From an uncultured bacterium (GTDB lineage Bacteria; Bipolaricaulota; Bipolaricaulia; UBA7950; UBA9294): a stretch of DNA of 64,000 bases. Every line of letters begins with the position of its first letter. Within the stretch, counting starts at the first letter, position 1. The DNA lies in NCBI GenBank assembly GCA_903857865.1, contig CAIOGO010000006.1, forward strand, positions 66,511 through 130,510, written 5' to 3'. Under the pieces are notes generated by a model. It saw only the letters and a list, made by a program, of their open reading frames with translations. It had not been told where the DNA came from and did no database searches. Made by a program: the position numbers and the translations under genes. Below, in pieces: positions 57,156-64,000 of the stretch.

Positions 57156-58220
57156 TCACTTGAGCTCGTCAACGACGATCTCTCCATCCTTTAGAACGGC
57201 CACCCCATCCACCGAGAAGCTGCAATTCCTCATGCAGAAATCGATGTGTGCCGGTGTCACGTTCGCTCCCCCCAGCCCGACGAAATAGTTCGCCCCCATG
57301 CCGAAGAGGATGTTGCCGTAGAACGACTCAGCGTCCATCCCTCCACCGGGGCCGGGCAGCGCTTGCTCGATCCAGATCGCTCTGTGCTCGCAACCCCACC
57401 CAATGTGCGCGGGGATGAACGCTTTCTCGTCACCCCAAGTATTCATGTACTCTCGGATGAGATAGCCGTCGATGCCTCCGCCTTTGATGCCCACCATCTT
57501 CCCGCTCTTGAACTCGCACCGGATCGGCTCGGAGATGTATCGCTCGACGCGCAGCACAATGTCCCCCACATCCAGCACCAGAACGCCTTCGGCGCTCCCC
57601 TCAATCGGGGCGCAGGCGACTTGCCCTGACGGCCAGTGATCCCACCGGCCGGGGATGTCCGATGCCCCATACTGGAAGATCCCCTTTCGCCCCTTCTTGC
57701 TGAACGTGAGGTCCGTGCCTGCACGAGATGTGAGGTGCAGCTTCGTTCCTTTCTCGAGAAAAGCTGCTCCAGCCCGCGTGCGCTCACGAATCTCCTTGCA
57801 GGGCAACAGTCGGCGTAGGACCTCGGGGGGGTTGTTGACCATGAGGGTTCTTGTCCCACTCGCTAGAATCTGGTTGTGGACATTCGTGTACAGCCACCCA
57901 ACCGTGGACATGTCAATCACGAGGTCTGCCGCCTTCATCGCCTCCAACGGCCCTCGAGGCGGGATGACGTCATCGCTGGCTGCTCGAACAATGCGCCGAG
58001 TAGATGAGGTGAAGAAGGGGACCCGGAGTTCGAAGACATGCGCGCCCAACTCCTGCGCCGCGCCCATAAACGCGGCCGGGTAGTGCGGATTCGTCCTCGA
58101 GTCGCACATGAGGGCCACGGTCTCGCCGGGTTGCAGGTTGCATTCCTGCAACTCCTGTCTGAAAAGCGATACGAGCTCTCCCGTCATCTCGTAGGACAGT
58201 GGAAAGTCATTCCTTGCCAT
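57156..58220 (-). CDS. Aminopeptidase-T-like (M29 / COG2309, NicX-like) family protein
   Basis: 355 aa. ATG at 58220 with a GAAGGAGG Shine-Dalgarno. The family call is pattern recognition only. Confidence 0.4.
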   Translation of the reverse strand: MARNDFPLSYEMTGELVSLFRQELQECNLQPGETVALMCDSRTNPHYPAAFMGAAQELGAHVFELRVPFFTSSTRRIVRAASDDVIPPRGPLEAMKAADLVIDMSTVGWLYTNVHNQILASGTRTLMVNNPPEVLRRLLPCKEIRERTRAGAAFLEKGTKLHLTSRAGTDLTFSKKGRKGIFQYGASDIPGRWDHWPSGQVACAPIEGSAEGVLVLDVGDIVLRVERYISEPIRCEFKSGKMVGIKGGGIDGYLIREYMNTWGDEKAFIPAHIGWGCEHRAIWIEQALPGPGGGMDAESFYGNILFGMGANYFVGLGGANVTPAHIDFCMRNCSFSVDGVAVLKDGEIVVDELK

Positions 58221-59469
58221 AGTGCCTCCTTCTAGCGATTTCGGTGCAACTTGGACGCGCCGTTTTGCGTCGCTCTGACGGCTCGCCCGGCTGACTACAG
58301 AACCTTTTCGGACTGAAGACCTCGGCAATCTTCGTTTCGCCGTCGACGATGGACCGCGCGACGAGGCGTGCGCTCGCTGCCCCCAATGCGAAACCCTTGT
58401 CGCCAAACCCGCACGCAGCGACGAGTCCCCGCGGCTCGGAGACCTCCCCTAGAACGGGCAGCAGATCGAGGCTGTAGGGTCGCACCCCGCAGAACATTCG
58501 AATCATCGACGTGCGGGACAGGACCGGGATGAATCGTTGCGCCCGTCGCACAATCCCAATGGCGGCTTCCAGCGCGCCCGTGTCGAGGCCGACATCACCA
58601 CGCACCCCCGACCGACCGATCAGGCAATTGCCGCTCCTCGTCTGCGAGAAGACGAGATGGATGTTGTAGCGCGCACTCAGATCGTCTCGCCGTGGCTCTG
58701 TCGGGCTCCCTTCAGTGCACTCCCCCTTGACCCGAACCCCCAAGGATGGAAGACACTCCGTAACGACCACGACACCGCGATCCCTCACGATCGGAATGCT
58801 GGCACCCGCCATGGCGGCGATCCGATCCGCCTCCGGCCCCGCCGCGTCGACCAAGACGTCACAATCCAAAGTGCCGGTCGCCGTCGCAACCCCGGCCACC
58901 GCGCCCTGGCTGACCCTCACGCCCGTGATCTCCGTGTGACGGTAGAATCGCGCTCCGAGTGCTTCGGCGGCCCGAGCGAGAGATCGACAGAGGAGGAACG
59001 GATTGAGTCGGGCGCTCGAGTGGCAATGGACGGCACCCGCCAAGTCGGGAGCGATGGAGCGGTCCAACTCGCCCAACCGCCGTGGAGGAATGAACTCGAC
59101 ATCCAACCCGGCCTGGCGTTGGACCTGAACCCGTTGCTGGGCCCATGGTACCTTGTCCTCATCTTCGATAAGCATGAGGCTGGAAGACGCCTCGAATTCG
59201 AAGTCCTCCCCAAGAGACTGACTCCATTCCTCATAGAGCGAACGGGACGCCATCGCAAGATCCCACGTGGGACCAGGCATTCGATTGTGCAGGGACAGAT
59301 TCCCCATCGTGGCTCCCGATGTCCCAGAAGCTGCGTCGCCACGGTCGACGAGACCCACATCGACGCCTTCTCGCGCGAGGAAGAGCGCAATCGCCGTCCC
59401 TACAACGCCAGCGCCGACCACGATCACATCATGCCCGTGCGACCGATTCATCGACCCGATCTCCCTCAC
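58207..59469 (-). CDS. FAD-dependent oxidoreductase (DadA / sarcosine-oxidase-beta-like)
   Basis: HDVIVVGAGVVGTAIALFLAREGVDVGLVDRGDAASGTSGATMGNLS. Confidence 0.8.
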   Translation of the reverse strand: MREIGSMNRSHGHDVIVVGAGVVGTAIALFLAREGVDVGLVDRGDAASGTSGATMGNLSLHNRMPGPTWDLAMASRSLYEEWSQSLGEDFEFEASSSLMLIEDEDKVPWAQQRVQVQRQAGLDVEFIPPRRLGELDRSIAPDLAGAVHCHSSARLNPFLLCRSLARAAEALGARFYRHTEITGVRVSQGAVAGVATATGTLDCDVLVDAAGPEADRIAAMAGASIPIVRDRGVVVVTECLPSLGVRVKGECTEGSPTEPRRDDLSARYNIHLVFSQTRSGNCLIGRSGVRGDVGLDTGALEAAIGIVRRAQRFIPVLSRTSMIRMFCGVRPYSLDLLPVLGEVSEPRGLVAACGFGDKGFALGAASARLVARSIVDGETKIAEVFSPKRFCSQPGEPSERRKTARPSCTEIARRRHYGKE

Positions 59470-59472
59470 TAT

Positions 59473-60423
59473 CTAGAAGCCCTTCTCGCGATCTACAACT
59501 CCGTGCATCGTGGCACCACGCTGCCATCGATCCAGGTTGTCGAGGAAGAACGCGACCATCTCATCGGGAACACTGGGACCCGCATGATGAGGAGTGATGA
59601 TGACGTTCTCCATTTCCCACAGCGGACTATCCGGCGCAAGAGGCTCTTGCTCGAAGACGTCAAGAACCGCGCCCCCGATCACGCCACGTTGGAGCGCATC
59701 AATCAGATCCGCTTCCCGAACGACTCCGCCCCGTGCCGTGTTGATCAGTATGCTGTCAGCTCGCATCGCTTCGAACACCCCGAGGTCGAACAACCCTTCG
59801 GTCTGCGAAGTCAGCGGTAGGCTAATCGAGATGAACCTCGGGCGGGACACGAACTCCAACAGCTGCTGGAAGCCGTAGCACGTTTCGATCGCCGGGTCGT
59901 CCCTAGGAATCAGGTCGAATCCGATCACGTGCATGTCGAATGCGCGCGCCTTCCTGGCTATGGCGCCTCCGATAGCGCCCACCCCCGCGACTCCGAGCGT
60001 CTCGCCATACAACCACGAACAATCCAACGGTTCCCACCGTTTGGCTTGTTGGTGCCCGACCACATCCCTCATCCGCTGCGTCCTGGCGAGCATATAGCCC
60101 AACACATATTCGGAAATCTTCTCACCAAATCCAGTATTGACTCGCGTGAAAGCGATCGAGTCGGGAATCCTCATATCCTTCGCGAATCGCTCGACTCCAG
60201 CCCCCATCGCTTGGATCCACCGCACACGAGTCGCAAGCTGAACGTAGCGAGTCGGAAACTTGGTCGACACGAAAAGCACGTCGGCATCCTTGATCGAACG
60301 CGCCACGTCCGCCTCCGACTCGCAGACGAGCAGCCTCAGCTCGGGGGCCCGCTTGGTCAGCAAGTCCACATACGCAGCCGTTCTATCAGGATTGTAGATC
60401 AGTACGTTCACACGGGGACTCAA
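59473..60423 (-). CDS. D-isomer-specific 2-hydroxyacid dehydrogenase family protein
   Basis: NAD fold GVAGVGAIGGAIARKARAFDMHVIGFD and catalytic His region. The start is TTG at 60423 (overlapping the upstream stop as TTGA) or GTG at 60411. Confidence 0.75.
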   Translation of the reverse strand: MSPRVNVLIYNPDRTAAYVDLLTKRAPELRLLVCESEADVARSIKDADVLFVSTKFPTRYVQLATRVRWIQAMGAGVERFAKDMRIPDSIAFTRVNTGFGEKISEYVLGYMLARTQRMRDVVGHQQAKRWEPLDCSWLYGETLGVAGVGAIGGAIARKARAFDMHVIGFDLIPRDDPAIETCYGFQQLLEFVSRPRFISISLPLTSQTEGLFDLGVFEAMRADSILINTARGGVVREADLIDALQRGVIGGAVLDVFEQEPLAPDSPLWEMENVIITPHHAGPSVPDEMVAFFLDNLDRWQRGATMHGVVDREKGF

Positions 60424-61559
60424 CTCACTCCCCCTCCTTGCTCTCTTCCCCCGCCTGCATACCGCTGAGGAGAGAACGCAGCCAACGACATCCCAGGTTC
60501 GTCGCCGCTCATCACTTCAGCCATGAGCTTCCCGATGTACGGACCAGCGACGTACCCTCCGAAACAGCTACTCGCCAGAAAAACGTTGCCATGCCCGGGG
60601 ATCGGCCCGAGGATGGGCAACTGGTCTTCCGTCCTCCCATCGAAGCCCGCCCACGTGCGAACCGCCTCGACATCAGCGAGCGCAGGGACCACACGAACGG
60701 CTGCCATGGCGTTCCCAACGACGCTCGCATAGCGGGGCAGTTTGATGTCCTTGTCCAGGTCCCCGTCCCCCGGCCATCCGCCTCCGATCAGGACGCTCCC
60801 GCATTCGACCTGCTTGAGAGTCAGGTTCCCCGACGCATGGGTGATCATGTGTTGGATGAGACGTGGCAATCGTGGCGTGACAATCATCTGGTTGATGCGC
60901 ATGTTGATCGGAAGTGAGACTCCGAGCCAGCCTGCGACTTGCTTCGTCCAGATGCCCGCCGCAATGAGGATCTTGCGGCAGCGGTACTCGTCCCCGGTCG
61001 TTCGCACCGTGATGTCTTGGTCCTTGTGAAGCTCCACGCCGACAACCGGAGTGTGAGCAACAATCCGGACGCCTCGCGCAGCTCCCGCCCCGGCAATCTG
61101 TTGCGTAGCGACACGAGCGTCCGCATATGAATCCCAGGCGCAGTAGTTGACCGACTTCAGCTCTCGCGAGAGGTACGGCGCCATTTCCCTCGCTTCGTCC
61201 ACCGACAGTCTGCGAACGCCGATCCCGTAGCGATTCCGCTCCTGGAGGTCGCGTTCCAGAAACTGCGCCTCCTGGTCAGTCTCTGCAACCCGGAAGCCTC
61301 CGGACTGCGTGAAACCAAGCCCACCGATCTCAGTCTCAAGCTCCCTCCAAGTCACAATGCCCCCCTTGCAGAGGGGAATGATGGGGTAGGGCTTGTTCTG
61401 CAGGGAGAGGCTCCCGGCGTTCCTGCCGGAAGCCTCATCCCCGACTGCCTTGCGATCGATGAGGACAACATCATGACCAAGCTCGTTCAGGTAGAACGCG
61501 GCGGAGACTCCCATGATTCCCGCCCCCACGACAACGCATTCCACTTCTGTTCGATGCAT
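60420..61559 (-). CDS. FAD-dependent oxidoreductase (second DadA-like)
   Basis: ECVVVGAGIMGVSAAFYLNELGHDVVLIDRKAVGDEASGRNAGSL. ATG at 61559 with an AGGAGGAAAG Shine-Dalgarno. Confidence 0.8.
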   Translation of the reverse strand: MHRTEVECVVVGAGIMGVSAAFYLNELGHDVVLIDRKAVGDEASGRNAGSLSLQNKPYPIIPLCKGGIVTWRELETEIGGLGFTQSGGFRVAETDQEAQFLERDLQERNRYGIGVRRLSVDEAREMAPYLSRELKSVNYCAWDSYADARVATQQIAGAGAARGVRIVAHTPVVGVELHKDQDITVRTTGDEYRCRKILIAAGIWTKQVAGWLGVSLPINMRINQMIVTPRLPRLIQHMITHASGNLTLKQVECGSVLIGGGWPGDGDLDKDIKLPRYASVVGNAMAAVRVVPALADVEAVRTWAGFDGRTEDQLPILGPIPGHGNVFLASSCFGGYVAGPYIGKLMAEVMSGDEPGMSLAAFSPQRYAGGGREQGGGVS

Positions 61560-61631
61560 ACTCAAGCTGCTTTCCTCCTGGTCTCGCGGGGTCGGCCCCT
61601 CTCGACGTGCCCCAGAGAACGCCAGCACGCC

Positions 61632-62534
61632 CTACAGAACGCCGATCGACTGCAGGACAGAACGCAGCCGCTCCTGGTCTTCGGCGGAGAGCGGTTGGAT
61701 CGGACTTCGTGGGTATCCACCCGGGCGCCCGACGAGGTTCATCGCTGCTTTCAGGGCGGACGGGAACGTGCCAAGACCGTGCACAGCGTGGTCGAGCTGG
61801 ACCAGTCGGTATTGCAGCTTCCTTGCAGCCTCGACGTTGCCCGATGCACTTAGCCGATACAGATCAATGGCTGCTCTCCCGAGAATCTGAGTCTCCACAC
61901 TGCTCACGAAGCCGTCCGTTCCCATGACAACGCAGGGGAACCCCCGCGTTACTGAGTGCCCTGCGAAGACGCGGATCTTGTCTGCGCACAGTCGCACCGT
62001 TTCTACGACATCGTCGAAACTGCCGGAACTCTGCTTGACAGCAACGACGTTGTCGATCGAGCAGAGCTTCTCCAGCAACGCGGGGGACGTCGTCACTCCA
62101 ACTCGCTTGGGAATGTTATAGATGAGGATCGGTATGTCGGCCTCCCGAGAGACTCTGCGGTAGTGCTCAATGATTTCGCTCTCGTTCGGGAGGATGTAGA
62201 AGGGAGGTGTCACCATCACTCCGTCTGCACCCGCCGCCTTCGCCTTCTTGCTCAACTCGACGACCTTGTCTGTGAGCATGGCCAGCGTGCCGGCAATGAC
62301 GGGCACCCGCCCGCCGGCCACATCCACCGCCGTTCGATGAAGACGCGTTCGTTCCTCGTCGGACAACGCCCAGAACTCCCCCGTGCATCCGGTAACAACG
62401 AGCCCGTCTATCCCCTCAGAGATCAGCAACTCAATGTTCTTCTTGAACGCCGCTTCGTCAATCGCTCCGTCCTTCTTGAACGGCGTGACGATCGCGGTGA
62501 AGTTGCCCTGCCAGGTGACGTCATTGCGATTCAT
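61632..62534 (-). CDS. DapA-family (dihydrodipicolinate synthase / N-acetylneuraminate lyase superfamily) lyase
   Basis: AIVTPFKKDGAIDEAAFKKNIELLISEGIDGLVVTGCTGE... with Schiff-base Lys context VVAVK. Confidence 0.85.
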   Translation of the reverse strand: MNRNDVTWQGNFTAIVTPFKKDGAIDEAAFKKNIELLISEGIDGLVVTGCTGEFWALSDEERTRLHRTAVDVAGGRVPVIAGTLAMLTDKVVELSKKAKAAGADGVMVTPPFYILPNESEIIEHYRRVSREADIPILIYNIPKRVGVTTSPALLEKLCSIDNVVAVKQSSGSFDDVVETVRLCADKIRVFAGHSVTRGFPCVVMGTDGFVSSVETQILGRAAIDLYRLSASGNVEAARKLQYRLVQLDHAVHGLGTFPSALKAAMNLVGRPGGYPRSPIQPLSAEDQERLRSVLQSIGVL

Positions 62535-62554
62535 GAACTACCTCCGTGGTCTGG

Positions 62555-63589
62555 TTACATCGGCTTCTCGACGAATGCCGCTCCTCCGAGCTCCTTCGTG
62601 TCGGCGAAGATGTAGGCAAGATGGTCCCCTTCAGAGACCGCATGCGATCCGTGCACACCGCCCGTGAAGGACCAGCAGTACCCATTGATCGGCATCTTGA
62701 CGTCCTGGATGACGTCTCCGTAGACATCGACGATCTCGACGGCCGTCTCGCCCTTGCGGATCAGTTCGCCGGGCTTCCTGCGGACGCACATCAAGCCGCC
62801 TCTCTGTGCGATCAGCCAGCCGTAGAATGTCAGATCCCCCTTAACCACGGTCTCGGTTTGCTTCTCCAGCGCTCCCTCAAGCATCCCCAGCTCTTTCATG
62901 ACGTTGCGGATGCCCCGCGCGCCGATTCTGTTGACCTCGTCCCACATGTAGATGTTCCCGGGGAGTTCGTGCGTGATGGATGGCTTCCCGTTCTGGGAGC
63001 ACACGTCCCGTATGCTGGTCGCCTGTTTGCGGGGCCAGTTGATCGTGGTCAATCCAAACGCTTTCGCCATGCGAACAACGTCCTTCTTGACCCGATCGTC
63101 CGGACACATCTCCAGATCCGTGAGAACGAAACCAATGGACGGCAGCGGATTCGCGTGGACGTCGATCACGTAGTCCGCCTTCTCCAACGCCGCGTTGATG
63201 CAGATTGCCATTCGTTGGGTGATGTTCGCCGTTGCCTTATCCACCGCCGGCAAGTACCAGGGACCCGAGAGGTTCTTCCCGTCGATCGGGGTCGTGTAGA
63301 CGCCGATCCTGAACGCCAACGGGTTCCCGCCGGGCACTGCGAGGAGTGCACCACGCAGCTTCTTCGGATCCATCGTCTTGACCAGTTCGTGAATGGCTCC
63401 GATTCCACTGATCTCCGTGCCGTGGATCGCTGCAATGACGGTGAGAACGGGGCCGTCCTCAGCTCCATTCACGATGATGACGGGGACGTGTGCTCGCGAC
63501 CCGTCCGCTAGTTCCACCGACCCCAACGAACCTTTCGCTATCTCACCAGGTTTTGCCTTCGCGTCGCCAACCGCCAGTACGCTTCTCAT
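62555..63589 (-). CDS. Succinylglutamate desuccinylase / aspartoacylase family protein
   Basis: PVLTVIAAIHGTEISGI (zinc-ligand context H-x-x-E) and the overall AstE/AspA fold pattern. Confidence 0.7.
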   Translation of the reverse strand: MRSVLAVGDAKAKPGEIAKGSLGSVELADGSRAHVPVIIVNGAEDGPVLTVIAAIHGTEISGIGAIHELVKTMDPKKLRGALLAVPGGNPLAFRIGVYTTPIDGKNLSGPWYLPAVDKATANITQRMAICINAALEKADYVIDVHANPLPSIGFVLTDLEMCPDDRVKKDVVRMAKAFGLTTINWPRKQATSIRDVCSQNGKPSITHELPGNIYMWDEVNRIGARGIRNVMKELGMLEGALEKQTETVVKGDLTFYGWLIAQRGGLMCVRRKPGELIRKGETAVEIVDVYGDVIQDVKMPINGYCWSFTGGVHGSHAVSEGDHLAYIFADTKELGGAAFVEKPM

Positions 63590-64000
63590 TTCCTTGACCT
63601 CCGTCGATTGCCAGTCCCGCGCGTTCCTGCATCGCCCTGCATTCCATCTCTGGTGTTCATGCGTTCTCGGACTCCCCCACCTCCTTGCGTCCCCGTCTCA
63701 GAACGAATTCGGTACTTGCTCATCGTGCTCGGATCCAGTTCCACTCCCAACCCTTTGCCGGGCGGGACTCTCACGACACCATCTACGACGTCAATGGGTG
63801 ACGTAGTGACCTTCCTGCGAAGCGGAGTCTGCAGGGTGCAGAACTCCACATACGGGATGTCCGGCATGCACGAGACCAGATGCATGGTCGCACTCAACAA
63901 GATGTCGCTGCTCCAGCAGTGCGGGATGCATGTGACCCCGTACGTTCGCGCCATGTCGACGATCTTCTTCACTTCGGTAATTCCGCCCGCACGCGCAATG
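63586..64000 (-). CDS. Enolase-superfamily (mandelate racemase / muconate lactonizing enzyme-like) protein, C-terminal part only; the N-terminus is beyond the window
   Basis: The C-terminal segment ...IPHCWSSDILLSATMHLVSCMPDIPYVEFC...GLGVELD resembles MR/MLE barrel ends. The ORF is open to the window edge. Confidence 0.5.
   Translation of the reverse strand, partial: IARAGGITEVKKIVDMARTYGVTCIPHCWSSDILLSATMHLVSCMPDIPYVEFCTLQTPLRRKVTTSPIDVVDGVVRVPPGKGLGVELDPSTMSKYRIRSETGTQGGGGVRERMNTRDGMQGDAGTRGTGNRRRSRK

Noticed and set aside
1-64000. Mobile element, prophage or defence island
   Set aside because: No integrase, transposase, recombinase, phage structural, restriction-modification, toxin-antitoxin or cas-like genes were recognised. 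Only tRNA 3'-fragment scars and repeat arrays hint at past mobility.

Overview
This is a 64-kb, high-GC (about 65-68 %) bacterial chromosomal segment, and the gene content (glycyl-radical enzyme, NfnAB, PEP carboxykinase, thioredoxin reductase) points to an anaerobe. Coding density is high. All calls rest on motif and pattern recognition on the translated ORFs; no searches were run.

Features from 5' to 3':
- **Cell-surface locus (0.2-16.6 kb).** A LonC/YcbZ-type Lon-like protease is followed by three PKD-repeat lipoproteins, two tandem paralogous secreted proteins of about 1030 aa with T9SS-type C-terminal sorting domains flanking a PorV/FadL-like outer-membrane gene, a membrane-anchored protein, and a secreted HExxH protein.
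- **tRNA locus (16.7-17.6 kb).** tRNA-Ser(CGA) and a probable tRNA-Arg(GCG) are followed by two degenerate partial tRNA duplications. Each copy has its own terminator hairpin, and the region is embedded in a family of GGAGTTCC...GGAACTCC hairpins.
- **17.7-20.9 kb.** A PaaK-like adenylating enzyme, a lower-GC decayed stretch, another PKD lipoprotein and a cold-shock protein.
- **Glycyl-radical enzyme operon (21.4-25.4 kb).** A three-gene hpdBCA-like cluster: a large glycyl-radical subunit with an apparent frameshift, a Cys-rich HpdC-like small ORF of 89 aa, and a ferredoxin-domain radical-SAM activase. It is bracketed on both sides by tandem arrays of one palindromic repeat family.
- **25.8-49.3 kb.** Housekeeping genes: MATE, coaE, a methyltransferase, a DUF4384 protein, YcaQ-like, RluB-like, nadE, hsp20, yidD, trxB, an M20 hydrolase, Asp racemase, nfnAB, NUDIX, dinB, tal, lpd and a YhbD(DUF4004)-bactofilin pair.
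- **49.5 kb.** A tandem array of four units, each about 65 bp and hairpin-forming.
- **50-64 kb.** pckA, an MFS transporter, then an 11-gene co-directional catabolic cluster. It encodes a multi-subunit proline/opine-dehydrogenase-like flavoprotein complex, two DadA-like oxidases, M20 and M29 hydrolases, a DapA-family lyase, a succinylglutamate-desuccinylase-like protein and an enolase-superfamily protein cut by the window edge.

Many gene junctions overlap as ATGA, GTGA or TTGA (translational coupling). No transposase, integrase, CRISPR-Cas or recognisable defence genes were seen.
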